NCBI GenBank assembly: GCA_022703645.1
Contig: JAKLDG010000001.1
Coordinates: 338,814-402,813, forward strand
Source of the DNA: Patescibacteria group bacterium
Lineage (GTDB): Bacteria; Patescibacteriota; JACPGU01
Direction of reading: 5' to 3'
DNA length: 64,000 nucleotides
Position numbers and translations under genes: made by a program. How positions within the stretch are numbered: position 1 is the first letter of the stretch; the number at the start of each line of letters is the position of its first letter. The notes under the pieces were generated by a model, which was not told where the DNA came from, did not search any database, and was given only the letters and a program-made list of their open reading frames with translations. Positions 1 through 7,160 of this stretch are shown piece by piece.

Positions 1-166
1 AAGGTAAAATTGAGTTATATTTAAAAATTTAGGGAGGGCGAGAATTAAAAATAACTAACAAAGGAATCTATACAATAAAATATATAGTAGGATTTCTTTG
101 TAAAGGAGAAATTTACGAAGTACTTGTAGGGAAATCTTCTAACGAAGATTTTGCGAAAAGTACGTA

Positions 167-601
167 GTGAATTTAGACGCCATGAATGAATTAGCAAAAA
201 GTCTTATGCTACCACAACAGTATTTTATCGCGTTTAATGTACTCTTGATTATTGCGCTTGTAATAATCCTTTTATTAAAGGGTTTAGCTCTTTGGAGATC
301 AGCAAGAAAAGGGCAAGTCGTTTGGTTCTGGATATTACTATTTGTTAACACATTGGGAATTTTAGAAATAATTTATCTTTTAATCAGCAAAGAAAAAGTT
401 GAAACGATTGATAGTGTTGAAGAATTGGATCAATTAAGCAAGAAAACAAAGAATCAAGAAATCAAAGAAGAAAAGACGGAGAAGGAAGAGAAAAAGGATG
501 GGAAAGTAGTTGAAGAGCCAAAGAAAGAAGAGATAAAAGAGAGTATAATGATTGAGCACGAAACTATTGAAGCACCACAAGAAGAGATAAAAAGCGAATA
601 A
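167..601 (+). CDS. hypothetical membrane protein with 2 TM helices and a Lys/Glu-rich C-terminal tail (GTG start)
   Basis: ORF track; hydrophobic N-terminal half, low-complexity KE-rich tail; followed by hairpin terminator. Confidence 0.5.
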   Translation: MNLDAMNELAKSLMLPQQYFIAFNVLLIIALVIILLLKGLALWRSARKGQVVWFWILLFVNTLGILEIIYLLISKEKVETIDSVEELDQLSKKTKNQEIKEEKTEKEEKKDGKVVEEPKKEEIKESIMIEHETIEAPQEEIKSE

Positions 602-620
602 GATTTAAAAGAATATAGAA

Positions 621-655
621 AAAACTGCTTTCATAAAAAGCAGTTTTTTTATTTT
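621..655 (+). terminator. rho-independent terminator (CTGCTTT-cata-AAAGCAG + T-run)
   Basis: perfect 7-bp stem followed by TTTTTTT directly after stop of 167..601. Confidence 0.6.
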
Positions 656-669
656 TTAAAAATGATACA

Positions 670-1221
670 ATGAAATCAAGAAAACAAAAAATCAATAAAA
701 CAACAAATCAAATGAGCATGCAAAAATTCTTTCCAAAAGGAAACCCAAAACCAATTTATGGTAAGATTGCAGATTATGTAAAACAAGAGAAAGAAGAAAG
801 AGGCCAAAAATTTCTTACGGTTTGTCCTAAATGTGGCGCTATCCGCGAGAAGAAAAGATGGTTTTGGGATTCTGAGATAAAAGAAAGTAAACGGGTAGAG
901 CATACCGAGGTACTATGCCCTGGTTGTGAAGCGATTGAAAATGAGTGGATTGAAGGTGAAATAACCCTAAAAAACAAGGTTTTACAAGTAGTCCCTTGGC
1001 AAATTGAGGAAATGATAAATGATATCGAGGAAAAAGAAAGGCATGTAGATACAAAGAATCGGGTTGTAAAAATTAGAAAATCCAAGACCTTTTGGAAAGT
1101 GTATACTGCGAGTGTTTTTTTGGCTGAGAGAATAGGAAAGGAACTTGATCATTCTTATAATGGCAAAACTCATTTTAAGTGGTCAAAAGGGGATAAATCC
1201 CTAAATGTTATCTGGGAATAG
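670..1221 (+). CDS. zinc-ribbon protein, NMD3-like (COG1499-type, common in CPR genomes)
   Basis: two CxxC pairs (CPKCG...CPGCE) in N-terminal half, Lys-rich; resemblance to NMD3 family N-terminal domain is by motif only. Confidence 0.4.
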   Translation: MKSRKQKINKTTNQMSMQKFFPKGNPKPIYGKIADYVKQEKEERGQKFLTVCPKCGAIREKKRWFWDSEIKESKRVEHTEVLCPGCEAIENEWIEGEITLKNKVLQVVPWQIEEMINDIEEKERHVDTKNRVVKIRKSKTFWKVYTASVFLAERIGKELDHSYNGKTHFKWSKGDKSLNVIWE

Positions 1222-1288
1222 CGAAAACCAGCAATAAATAGAGGCTCAATATACTCAGCTTTGAGTCTTTTTTTTTATGAAAAAAGTA

Positions 1289-1317
1289 TTGACATATTAT
1301 AATATTTATGATAAAAT
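1289..1317 (+). promoter_or_regulatory. sigma70-like promoter (TTGACA -17- TAAAAT) for 1352..2254
   Basis: TTGACA at ~1289, 17-nt spacer, TAAAAT; GGAGG Shine-Dalgarno 8 nt before ATG 1374. Confidence 0.45.
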
Positions 1318-1351
1318 TAAAGTATAAAAATAAATACCCTAAATATATATT

Positions 1352-2254
1352 TTGGGGATAGGAGGAATAAATATGAAAAGAAGCAACATAACAAAAAAAG
1401 TCGTTATTTTACTGGTTGCGATATCGGTCCTTTTTACTGTTTTTGGTACTTTTCCAAGTTATGCTGGAGCCGCAACTATATTGCCAAGCGATACTTTCAC
1501 GGTCGGGATATTAAATAAAGGTACTTACGGGTACCTTGGCGGAATTTCAAAGAACAGTTCAAAGTCGCTTTCTGCGCGAGTTTATAACTTTTCAACGGGT
1601 AAGATAGCTGATGACAGAAACATTACTTATAAATGGACTGCGGTTGCTCAAGACGCGTCATACAATGGAAGATTAATTTTTAATTTTACAAACCCAAATT
1701 CTCGTAATACAACTTTAAAGATCGTTGATGCCAGCAATATTGGAACAAACGCCAAAATAATCGTAACCGTTAAAGCATATAATTCAGGTGGTTTAATTGG
1801 TTCAGATAGTGGATATTTTGGTGTTTCAAAATTTACGGATAGTTATGACAAAACCCCAAAAACAATTGCCGTTCAAGTAAACAACATTGCTTATGCAAAG
1901 AATATGGTTGTGAATGTAGGTTATAAAGGAGATATCTTGATTGACGCAAGAGTTTTGAATGGTAGCTATAAAGATATGAGTTCCAACTATGACTATAGAG
2001 TTGAGATAACTAATAACCCAAAAGGGCTTGATCTCGATCCAAGAGATACAAAAACTTATGATGCAAAATTCCGAGTATATTCCGCAAATGTTCAAGACGC
2101 GCCGCTGACACTAAAAATTTATGCAGTTAGCAAGGTTGATCCATATCTATCAAAAACCAGTTATGCGTATATAAAAGTAAATGTATCTGGAGATGCTGAT
2201 ACTAAAAGAAGCATACCAAGTAAAATCAGTAAATGGTTTAAGAAAGTATTCTAA
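1352..2254 (+). CDS. secreted hypothetical protein (signal peptide, beta-rich, no recognised domain)
   Basis: ORF track; N-terminal signal peptide VAISVLFTVFGTFPSYAGA; probable true start at MKRSNITKK (1374). Confidence 0.5.
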   Translation: MGIGGINMKRSNITKKVVILLVAISVLFTVFGTFPSYAGAATILPSDTFTVGILNKGTYGYLGGISKNSSKSLSARVYNFSTGKIADDRNITYKWTAVAQDASYNGRLIFNFTNPNSRNTTLKIVDASNIGTNAKIIVTVKAYNSGGLIGSDSGYFGVSKFTDSYDKTPKTIAVQVNNIAYAKNMVVNVGYKGDILIDARVLNGSYKDMSSNYDYRVEITNNPKGLDLDPRDTKTYDAKFRVYSANVQDAPLTLKIYAVSKVDPYLSKTSYAYIKVNVSGDADTKRSIPSKISKWFKKVF

Positions 2255-2289
2255 GATCTAGAAAAACAAGTTATATTGAAATATAACAA

Positions 2290-2316
2290 AAAGAGTTCTA
2301 TAAGAACTCTTTTTGT
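2290..2316 (+). terminator. rho-independent terminator (AGAGTTCT-ataa-AGAACTCT + T-run)
   Basis: perfect 8-bp stem then TTTTTGTTTT after 1352..2254. Confidence 0.6.
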
Positions 2317-2382
2317 TTTGTGTAGATTCTGTTATAATAAGAACAATTAAACAAGAAAGAAAAAAAACAATAAAACAAGGAT

Positions 2383-3129
2383 ATGAATGAATGTAATCCG
2401 GGTTTGGTTAGATTAAATAAATTTTTATCAAAGAATAGTTTGATTTCAAGGAGAACTGCTGATAAGCTGATAATACAAGGTAAAATTACGGTAAATGGTG
2501 AAAAGATTAAAGAGCTGGGAATAAAGATTAATCCTGAAAAGGACAGTGTTTTTATTGACGGAAAAAAGATTAAAATTCAAGACGATAAAGTTTATTATAT
2601 TCTCAATAAACCTGTTGGGTATATCACAACTATGAGCGACCCAAGAGGAAGAAAAAAGGTAGTTGATCTAGTGCCGAAATACCCAAAAGTATACCCCGTA
2701 GGACGTCTTGACTATGATTCCAGTGGTCTGCTGATTCTTACAAACGATGGCGACCTAACATATAGACTAACTCATCCAAAGTTTGAAAAAGAAAAGTCTT
2801 ATGAGGTTAAATGCAGAATTATGAATTATGAATCAGGGATTATGAACGATAAAATAATTGTGGGGAAATTTTTAAAGGGAATAAGATTGAAAGAAGGGGT
2901 TGCGAAAGCAGATAATGTAAAAGTTTTAAGCCAGAAAGGCGATATAATAACATTTAATATAACACTTCATCAAGGCTGGAATAGGCAAATTAGACGCATG
3001 TGCGCTACTGTAGGTTTGGACGTGATTTCACTGAAAAGAGTAAGGATTGGTAAATTACTATTAGGAAATATAAAAGAGGGAATGTGGCAAAAAATAAATC
3101 CAAAAGACACAAAAAAGTATTTCGAATAA
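2383..3129 (+). CDS. pseudouridine synthase, RsuA/RluB/RluF family (S4 domain + catalytic domain)
   Basis: N-terminal S4 RNA-binding motif (LNKFLSKNSLISRRTADKLIIQGKITVNGEK), catalytic GRLDYDSSGLLILTNDG motif with Asp. Confidence 0.8.
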   Translation: MNECNPGLVRLNKFLSKNSLISRRTADKLIIQGKITVNGEKIKELGIKINPEKDSVFIDGKKIKIQDDKVYYILNKPVGYITTMSDPRGRKKVVDLVPKYPKVYPVGRLDYDSSGLLILTNDGDLTYRLTHPKFEKEKSYEVKCRIMNYESGIMNDKIIVGKFLKGIRLKEGVAKADNVKVLSQKGDIITFNITLHQGWNRQIRRMCATVGLDVISLKRVRIGKLLLGNIKEGMWQKINPKDTKKYFE

Positions 3130-4070
3130 GAAAAAGATATCTGCTACTATTAACATTATTAATAGTAGGTGGTTTTTGTATTTTTTCACGCGATAAAGCT
3201 TATTCCAGCGCTTCCGCCAAGATTTTTTATGGTGAAAGTTTTATGAAAGAAAACGGTTCCGAAACAAAACTATCGTCTGTCGATAGCGTCGAAATACCAT
3301 TTCAAAAAGAGGGCGCAAATGAACATGTTGCTATAAAAGCGCAAACTTATATTGCAGCTGATCGCGCGACTATGACGCCATTACTTGAAAAAGATGCTGG
3401 AAAAAAGGTCCAAATTGCCAGTATCACAAAATTGATGACCGCCGTTATCACGGTTGAAAACTCAAAACTGGATGATGTGGTTACGATTAACAGCACATTT
3501 AAAGACGCTCCGGATGGCAGAATGGGGCTTTACGTGACAGAAAAAATTACAGTTGAGAATATTCTCAATGGTTTGCTTATCTCTTCTTCAAATGATGCTG
3601 CTGAAGCTCTCGCATATTATATCGGGAAAGGTAATTATAAGTCTTTTATTCAAATGATGAATACAAAAGCGGCTGAAATTGGGATGAGTAATACGCGTTT
3701 TTCGAACGCTATGGGACTTGATAATGGCGAAAACTACTCAACTCCACAAGACCTGGTATATCTAGCAAATTATGCTTTAAAGAATGAATTTATTGCTAAA
3801 ACAGTTAAAACTCAAGAAAAGAGAGTAAAGAATATTGAAGGAACAAGCACTCATTACCTGAAAACTACCGACGAATTGCTCGCTGATAAAGACTTTGAAT
3901 TTTTGGGTTTGAAAACCGGTTCTACACCTGAAGCGGGGGAGTGCCTTCTATCTTTTGCGAAAACAAAAAACGGTCATGAAATCATAACCGTTGTGCTTGG
4001 TTCTATGGATAGGTTCGGTGAAACCAAAGAAATTGTAAAATGGGTAGATGCAAACATTACTTGGGAATAA
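3084..4070 (+). CDS. dacA: D-alanyl-D-alanine carboxypeptidase (serine-type, PBP5/6 / peptidase S11 family), membrane-anchored
   Basis: SxxK (SITKLMTA), SxN (SSSND) and KTG (KTGST) active-site motifs; N-terminal TM anchor; 46-nt overlap with upstream gene. Confidence 0.8.
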   Translation: MAKNKSKRHKKVFRIRKRYLLLLTLLIVGGFCIFSRDKAYSSASAKIFYGESFMKENGSETKLSSVDSVEIPFQKEGANEHVAIKAQTYIAADRATMTPLLEKDAGKKVQIASITKLMTAVITVENSKLDDVVTINSTFKDAPDGRMGLYVTEKITVENILNGLLISSSNDAAEALAYYIGKGNYKSFIQMMNTKAAEIGMSNTRFSNAMGLDNGENYSTPQDLVYLANYALKNEFIAKTVKTQEKRVKNIEGTSTHYLKTTDELLADKDFEFLGLKTGSTPEAGECLLSFAKTKNGHEIITVVLGSMDRFGETKEIVKWVDANITWE

Positions 4071-4434
4071 GGTTTTTCCGCAAGTTTTTCAGTATTCCTT
4101 TTATTGTCGCGGGGAGTGTAGTTTTGGTACAAGTATAGTCACAGTATCCTAATTTAAGTAGTTCTCCCCCCTTCTTTTCAAAGGATGTGGGTATAATAAT
4201 TCTTACTTTAGGGTTTTTTTCGCGGATTTTTTCAACTAATTCTTTATAACGAAATCCGCGAATAGCGTCCTTTGAGGTGTACTTCAAAACGATAATGTCA
4301 TACTTAAATTCTTCCAAAACGCTTATATCCTTATTACTTCTTTTGAAAAAGATATCATGTTCCTTTAGTGAGATTGCATAGTGGGCTCGATAATAGTCCT
4401 CTCGTTCAACAATCAAAATCCCTTTCTTTCTCAT
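4057..4434 (-). CDS. atypical receiver-like domain protein (CheY fold lacking phospho-acceptor Asp)
   Basis: (beta-alpha)5-like pattern ILIVERED...DIIVLKYTS...KVRIIIPTSFEKK; Lys in place of the conserved phospho-acceptor Asp. Confidence 0.4.
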   Translation of the reverse strand: MRKKGILIVEREDYYRAHYAISLKEHDIFFKRSNKDISVLEEFKYDIIVLKYTSKDAIRGFRYKELVEKIREKNPKVRIIIPTSFEKKGGELLKLGYCDYTCTKTTLPATIKGILKNLRKNLIPK

Positions 4435-4526
4435 AGATATTATACCCCCCTTGTTTTTTTTAAATGAGCATCAAATAAAAAATAAAAAACCAGCATTTTG
4501 GTTTTATTTGTGTTATGTAATTTATA

Positions 4527-5219
4527 TTACAGGTTTTCTTGCCAAATGTCAAGAGCAATCCTTGCTGCCTCCTGTTCCGCAGCTTGTTTTGAAGACCCGG
4601 TTCCATCGGCAATCTTTTTATCTTCAAGATAAACACCCATTACAAAAACTTTTGCATGGTCTGGGCCCGATTCTTTTTCAACCTTATAGATTGGTGTAAT
4701 ACCTACTTTTTCCTGGGCTATTTCCTGAAACTTCGATTTTGGATCATAGTAAAGTTCCTTTGAAATAATCTCCGGTAAATAGGGAATTAAATACTTTTTA
4801 ATAAATTTACCCGCTGCCTCATACCCTTGATCAAGATATATTGCGCCAAGTACTGCCTCAAAGGTATTAGCAAGTATTAACTCTCTTGCTTTTCCAGTAG
4901 ACCTTGATTCTCCGCGCGATAGGAGTAGGTGGCTTTCATAACCAAGTTCCTTTGCTATTTTTGAAATCATAGTTCCTCTTACCAATGCCGCGCGCCAGTT
5001 TGTCAATTCTCCTTCAGGATTTGGGTAATTATTGTATAAATAGTCTGTAACAATTAATTCCATACATGCATCGCCAAGAAATTCAAGCCTTTCATTATGA
5101 TCAAGCTTGAAATCTTTATTTTCATTCAAATAGGATCTATGTACAAAAGCCTGCTGGAGTAAATCTTGATTCTTAAATTTTATACCTATTTTCTTTTCTA
5201 TTTCATTTAAATTGCTCAT
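4527..5219 (-). CDS. rnc: ribonuclease III
   Basis: RNase III signature ERLEFLGDA, dsRBD-like C-terminus; 230 aa. Confidence 0.9.
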   Translation of the reverse strand: MSNLNEIEKKIGIKFKNQDLLQQAFVHRSYLNENKDFKLDHNERLEFLGDACMELIVTDYLYNNYPNPEGELTNWRAALVRGTMISKIAKELGYESHLLLSRGESRSTGKARELILANTFEAVLGAIYLDQGYEAAGKFIKKYLIPYLPEIISKELYYDPKSKFQEIAQEKVGITPIYKVEKESGPDHAKVFVMGVYLEDKKIADGTGSSKQAAEQEAARIALDIWQENL

Positions 5220-5306
5220 TTGAAATTCGCTTTGCTGAAATTCTAAGAAATTGAGGAAATTCTAATATCTAATTTCTCCAATTTCTTTTAATTTCTATTA
5301 ATTTTA

Positions 5307-6152
5307 TTATTTTAGTCTGCCGATATCTTCTACTGCCTTTTTGAATAAATCTACTAAGTTTGGATAATCTAGGTGATTCAAAACCTCTCCTTCTTCCACC
5401 CATTTAATTTCTTTAATATGAGCTTCCGGATTAATTATAGTATTTACCTGAGTAGTTCGTATAAGATAGAAGTGCACGCTTTTTTTGATAACCTCTTCGC
5501 CGCTTTTATCAGTAAATTTAATTTCGCCAACTTCACCAAGAATTTCAGCCTCAGTTATACCTGTTTCTTCTTGAATTTCTCTTACAGCTGCTTCTTGCCA
5601 AGTTTCTCCTTCTTCAACTTTACCTTTTGGAAAAGTCCATTTATCATAAGGGTTTTTGACAATTATAAAAAAGTTTTTCCCATTTTCTACGCGGTATATT
5701 ATTCCACCAGCGCTAATTATCAAGTTTTCTTCTTCATACTTACTACTTGCGCGGTAAATTGTTCCCAATACACCATTAATGAACTTACCACTGTTTTCTC
5801 CGCCAAATTCCTTACCAAGCTCCACAGCCTCATTAATAACCGCTTTTGGAGGCACTTCTGCATCATAAATCAACTCATAAATACCAATTCGCAATATAGA
5901 GCGGTCAATAGTGGCAATCTGTTCAAGAGGCCATTCGGGAGCAGTCTTTTTGATTAAGTCATTGATCTCTGATATTTTTTCCACCGTTCCTTTTATAATC
6001 TTACGGCAAAATTCCTCATCAACCTTAAAACCGGAATTTTCAATATTCCGTTTTAAAATTTCAGCAATATCTCTTTCTTCATCAAAATCCCACTCGTAAA
6101 GAGATTGTAAAACAACCATTCTTGACTGATGTCTAATAGATAGGTGAGACAT
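5307..6152 (-). CDS. nusB: NusB antitermination factor fused to a C-terminal Nudix hydrolase domain
   Basis: N-terminal ~137 aa NusB-like (LQSLYEWDF...INGVLGTIYR); C-terminal Nudix box GKVEEGETWQEAAVREIQEETGI. Confidence 0.75.
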   Translation of the reverse strand: MSHLSIRHQSRMVVLQSLYEWDFDEERDIAEILKRNIENSGFKVDEEFCRKIIKGTVEKISEINDLIKKTAPEWPLEQIATIDRSILRIGIYELIYDAEVPPKAVINEAVELGKEFGGENSGKFINGVLGTIYRASSKYEEENLIISAGGIIYRVENGKNFFIIVKNPYDKWTFPKGKVEEGETWQEAAVREIQEETGITEAEILGEVGEIKFTDKSGEEVIKKSVHFYLIRTTQVNTIINPEAHIKEIKWVEEGEVLNHLDYPNLVDLFKKAVEDIGRLK

Positions 6153-6160
6153 TTTATTAA

Positions 6161-6373
6161 TTATTTAGTTTTTGTTTTTACTTTACCGCTAGCAATACCG
6201 GGTTTCTTCATTTGTCTGCCATTATAAGTACCGCAAACTTTACACACTTGGTGTGATATTTTTGGTGACTTACATTTTGAACAAATAGAAACGCCTGCTA
6301 ATTTTACTTTGATATTCTGCCCTCTGCGACTCGCAGTACGGGACTTACTCATACGTTTTTTGGGTTCTGCCAT
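6161..6373 (-). CDS. rpmF: 50S ribosomal protein L32
   Basis: MAEPKKRMSKSRTASRRGQ...CSKCKSPKISHQVCKVCGTY: basic N-terminus plus CxxC...CxxC zinc ribbon typical of bL32. Confidence 0.75.
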   Translation of the reverse strand: MAEPKKRMSKSRTASRRGQNIKVKLAGVSICSKCKSPKISHQVCKVCGTYNGRQMKKPGIASGKVKTKTK

Positions 6374-6509
6374 AGCGTCAGGATCGCGTTAAACATTTCC
6401 AGCGATCTTATTCTCCTTGATTAAATTAATATTCTGTTAACTAATACATTTTACAATAAAATAAAACTTAAGTAAACCCCTTAGAATCCATTTGTATTTT
6501 ACGCTTTTA

Positions 6510-6545
6510 GTAAAAAAACCGCCTTTTGGGGCGGTTGGGGTTTTT
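6510..6545 (-). terminator. rho-independent terminator (AACCGCCCC-aaaa-GGCGGTT + T-run on minus strand)
   Basis: GC-rich stem with A-run/T-run flanks between transposase gene and rpmF. Confidence 0.55.
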
Positions 6546-6578
6546 AATTCCAATTTTCTCAAAACTATTTTACGTTTT

Positions 6579-7040
6579 CTAAGCTCTTTTTGCAATATTC
6601 TTAGGGTTATTCATATCCCGACCCCACGTTGATGGATTTGATTCTATATAAGAATAAATTTCATCGTAAGATTTTTCATTGCGGATAATGTGTTCATAAT
6701 AGTTGCGTTGCCAGATACGATTTTCAAATGGTATTAATATATTTTGTTTAACCCCATCAATGCATTTTTTCGTTGTTAGTGATTTAAAACGTTGAATTAT
6801 TTGCGGCAATGACAGTTGTTTTTCTGTAGGGGCAAACCCCCGTGTTTGCCCGTTTTTAATTGGGCGGACACAGGGGTCCGCCCCTACGATACAGATAATC
6901 AAATGTATATGATTTGGCATAACAGAAAATATATCTACCTCGATATTTGAATAATACTTTGGGATTTCTTCTATCGTTTGGAAAATTATTATCCCAATAT
7001 CATTCAATCTCATCCCTCCATCAACAATTTCTCCGAACAA
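6579..7040 (-). CDS. IS200/IS605-like tyrosine transposase with RAYT-like C-terminal motifs, N-terminally disrupted copy (nonsense at codon 2 of the full-length frame; TTG internal start)
   Basis: HxH motif (MPNHIHLI), C-terminal WQRNYYEHIIRNE...YIESNP resembling the RAYT tyrosine-helix motif; full frame extends to ATG ~7145 but codon 2 is TAA; paralog at 20626..21183. Confidence 0.6.
   Translation of the reverse strand: MFGEIVDGGMRLNDIGIIIFQTIEEIPKYYSNIEVDIFSVMPNHIHLIICIVGADPCVRPIKNGQTRGFAPTEKQLSLPQIIQRFKSLTTKKCIDGVKQNILIPFENRIWQRNYYEHIIRNEKSYDEIYSYIESNPSTWGRDMNNPKNIAKRA
6826..6887. repeat. REP-like doublet: GTAGGGG-[GGGCAAAC..GTTTGCCC]-spacer-[GGGCGGAC..GTCCGCCC]-CTAC, embedded in-frame in transposase ORF
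   Basis: two GC-rich 8-bp-stem hairpins bracketed by GTAGGGG/CCCCTAC inverted termini, ~60% GC in ~35% GC background; translated as ...VGADPCVRPIKNGQTRGFAP... Confidence 0.7.
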
Positions 7041-7160
7041 ACACCCTCTATCTTGTGTACATATTGTAATAAAATAATCTCCGGGTTCGGAATAATCATA
7101 ACCTTTTATTCGTATTGACCTTCTGTTTTTGTTTTCTTTTTACATTAGAACAATTGAGAA

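Noticed and set aside
3084-3129. The 46-nt overlap between the pseudouridine synthase and dacA-like ORFs as a frameshift or fusion
   Set aside because: The two ORFs are in different frames, with intact starts and stops. The dacA-like N-terminus encodes a plausible basic-plus-TM anchor. This is ordinary gene overlap in a compact genome.
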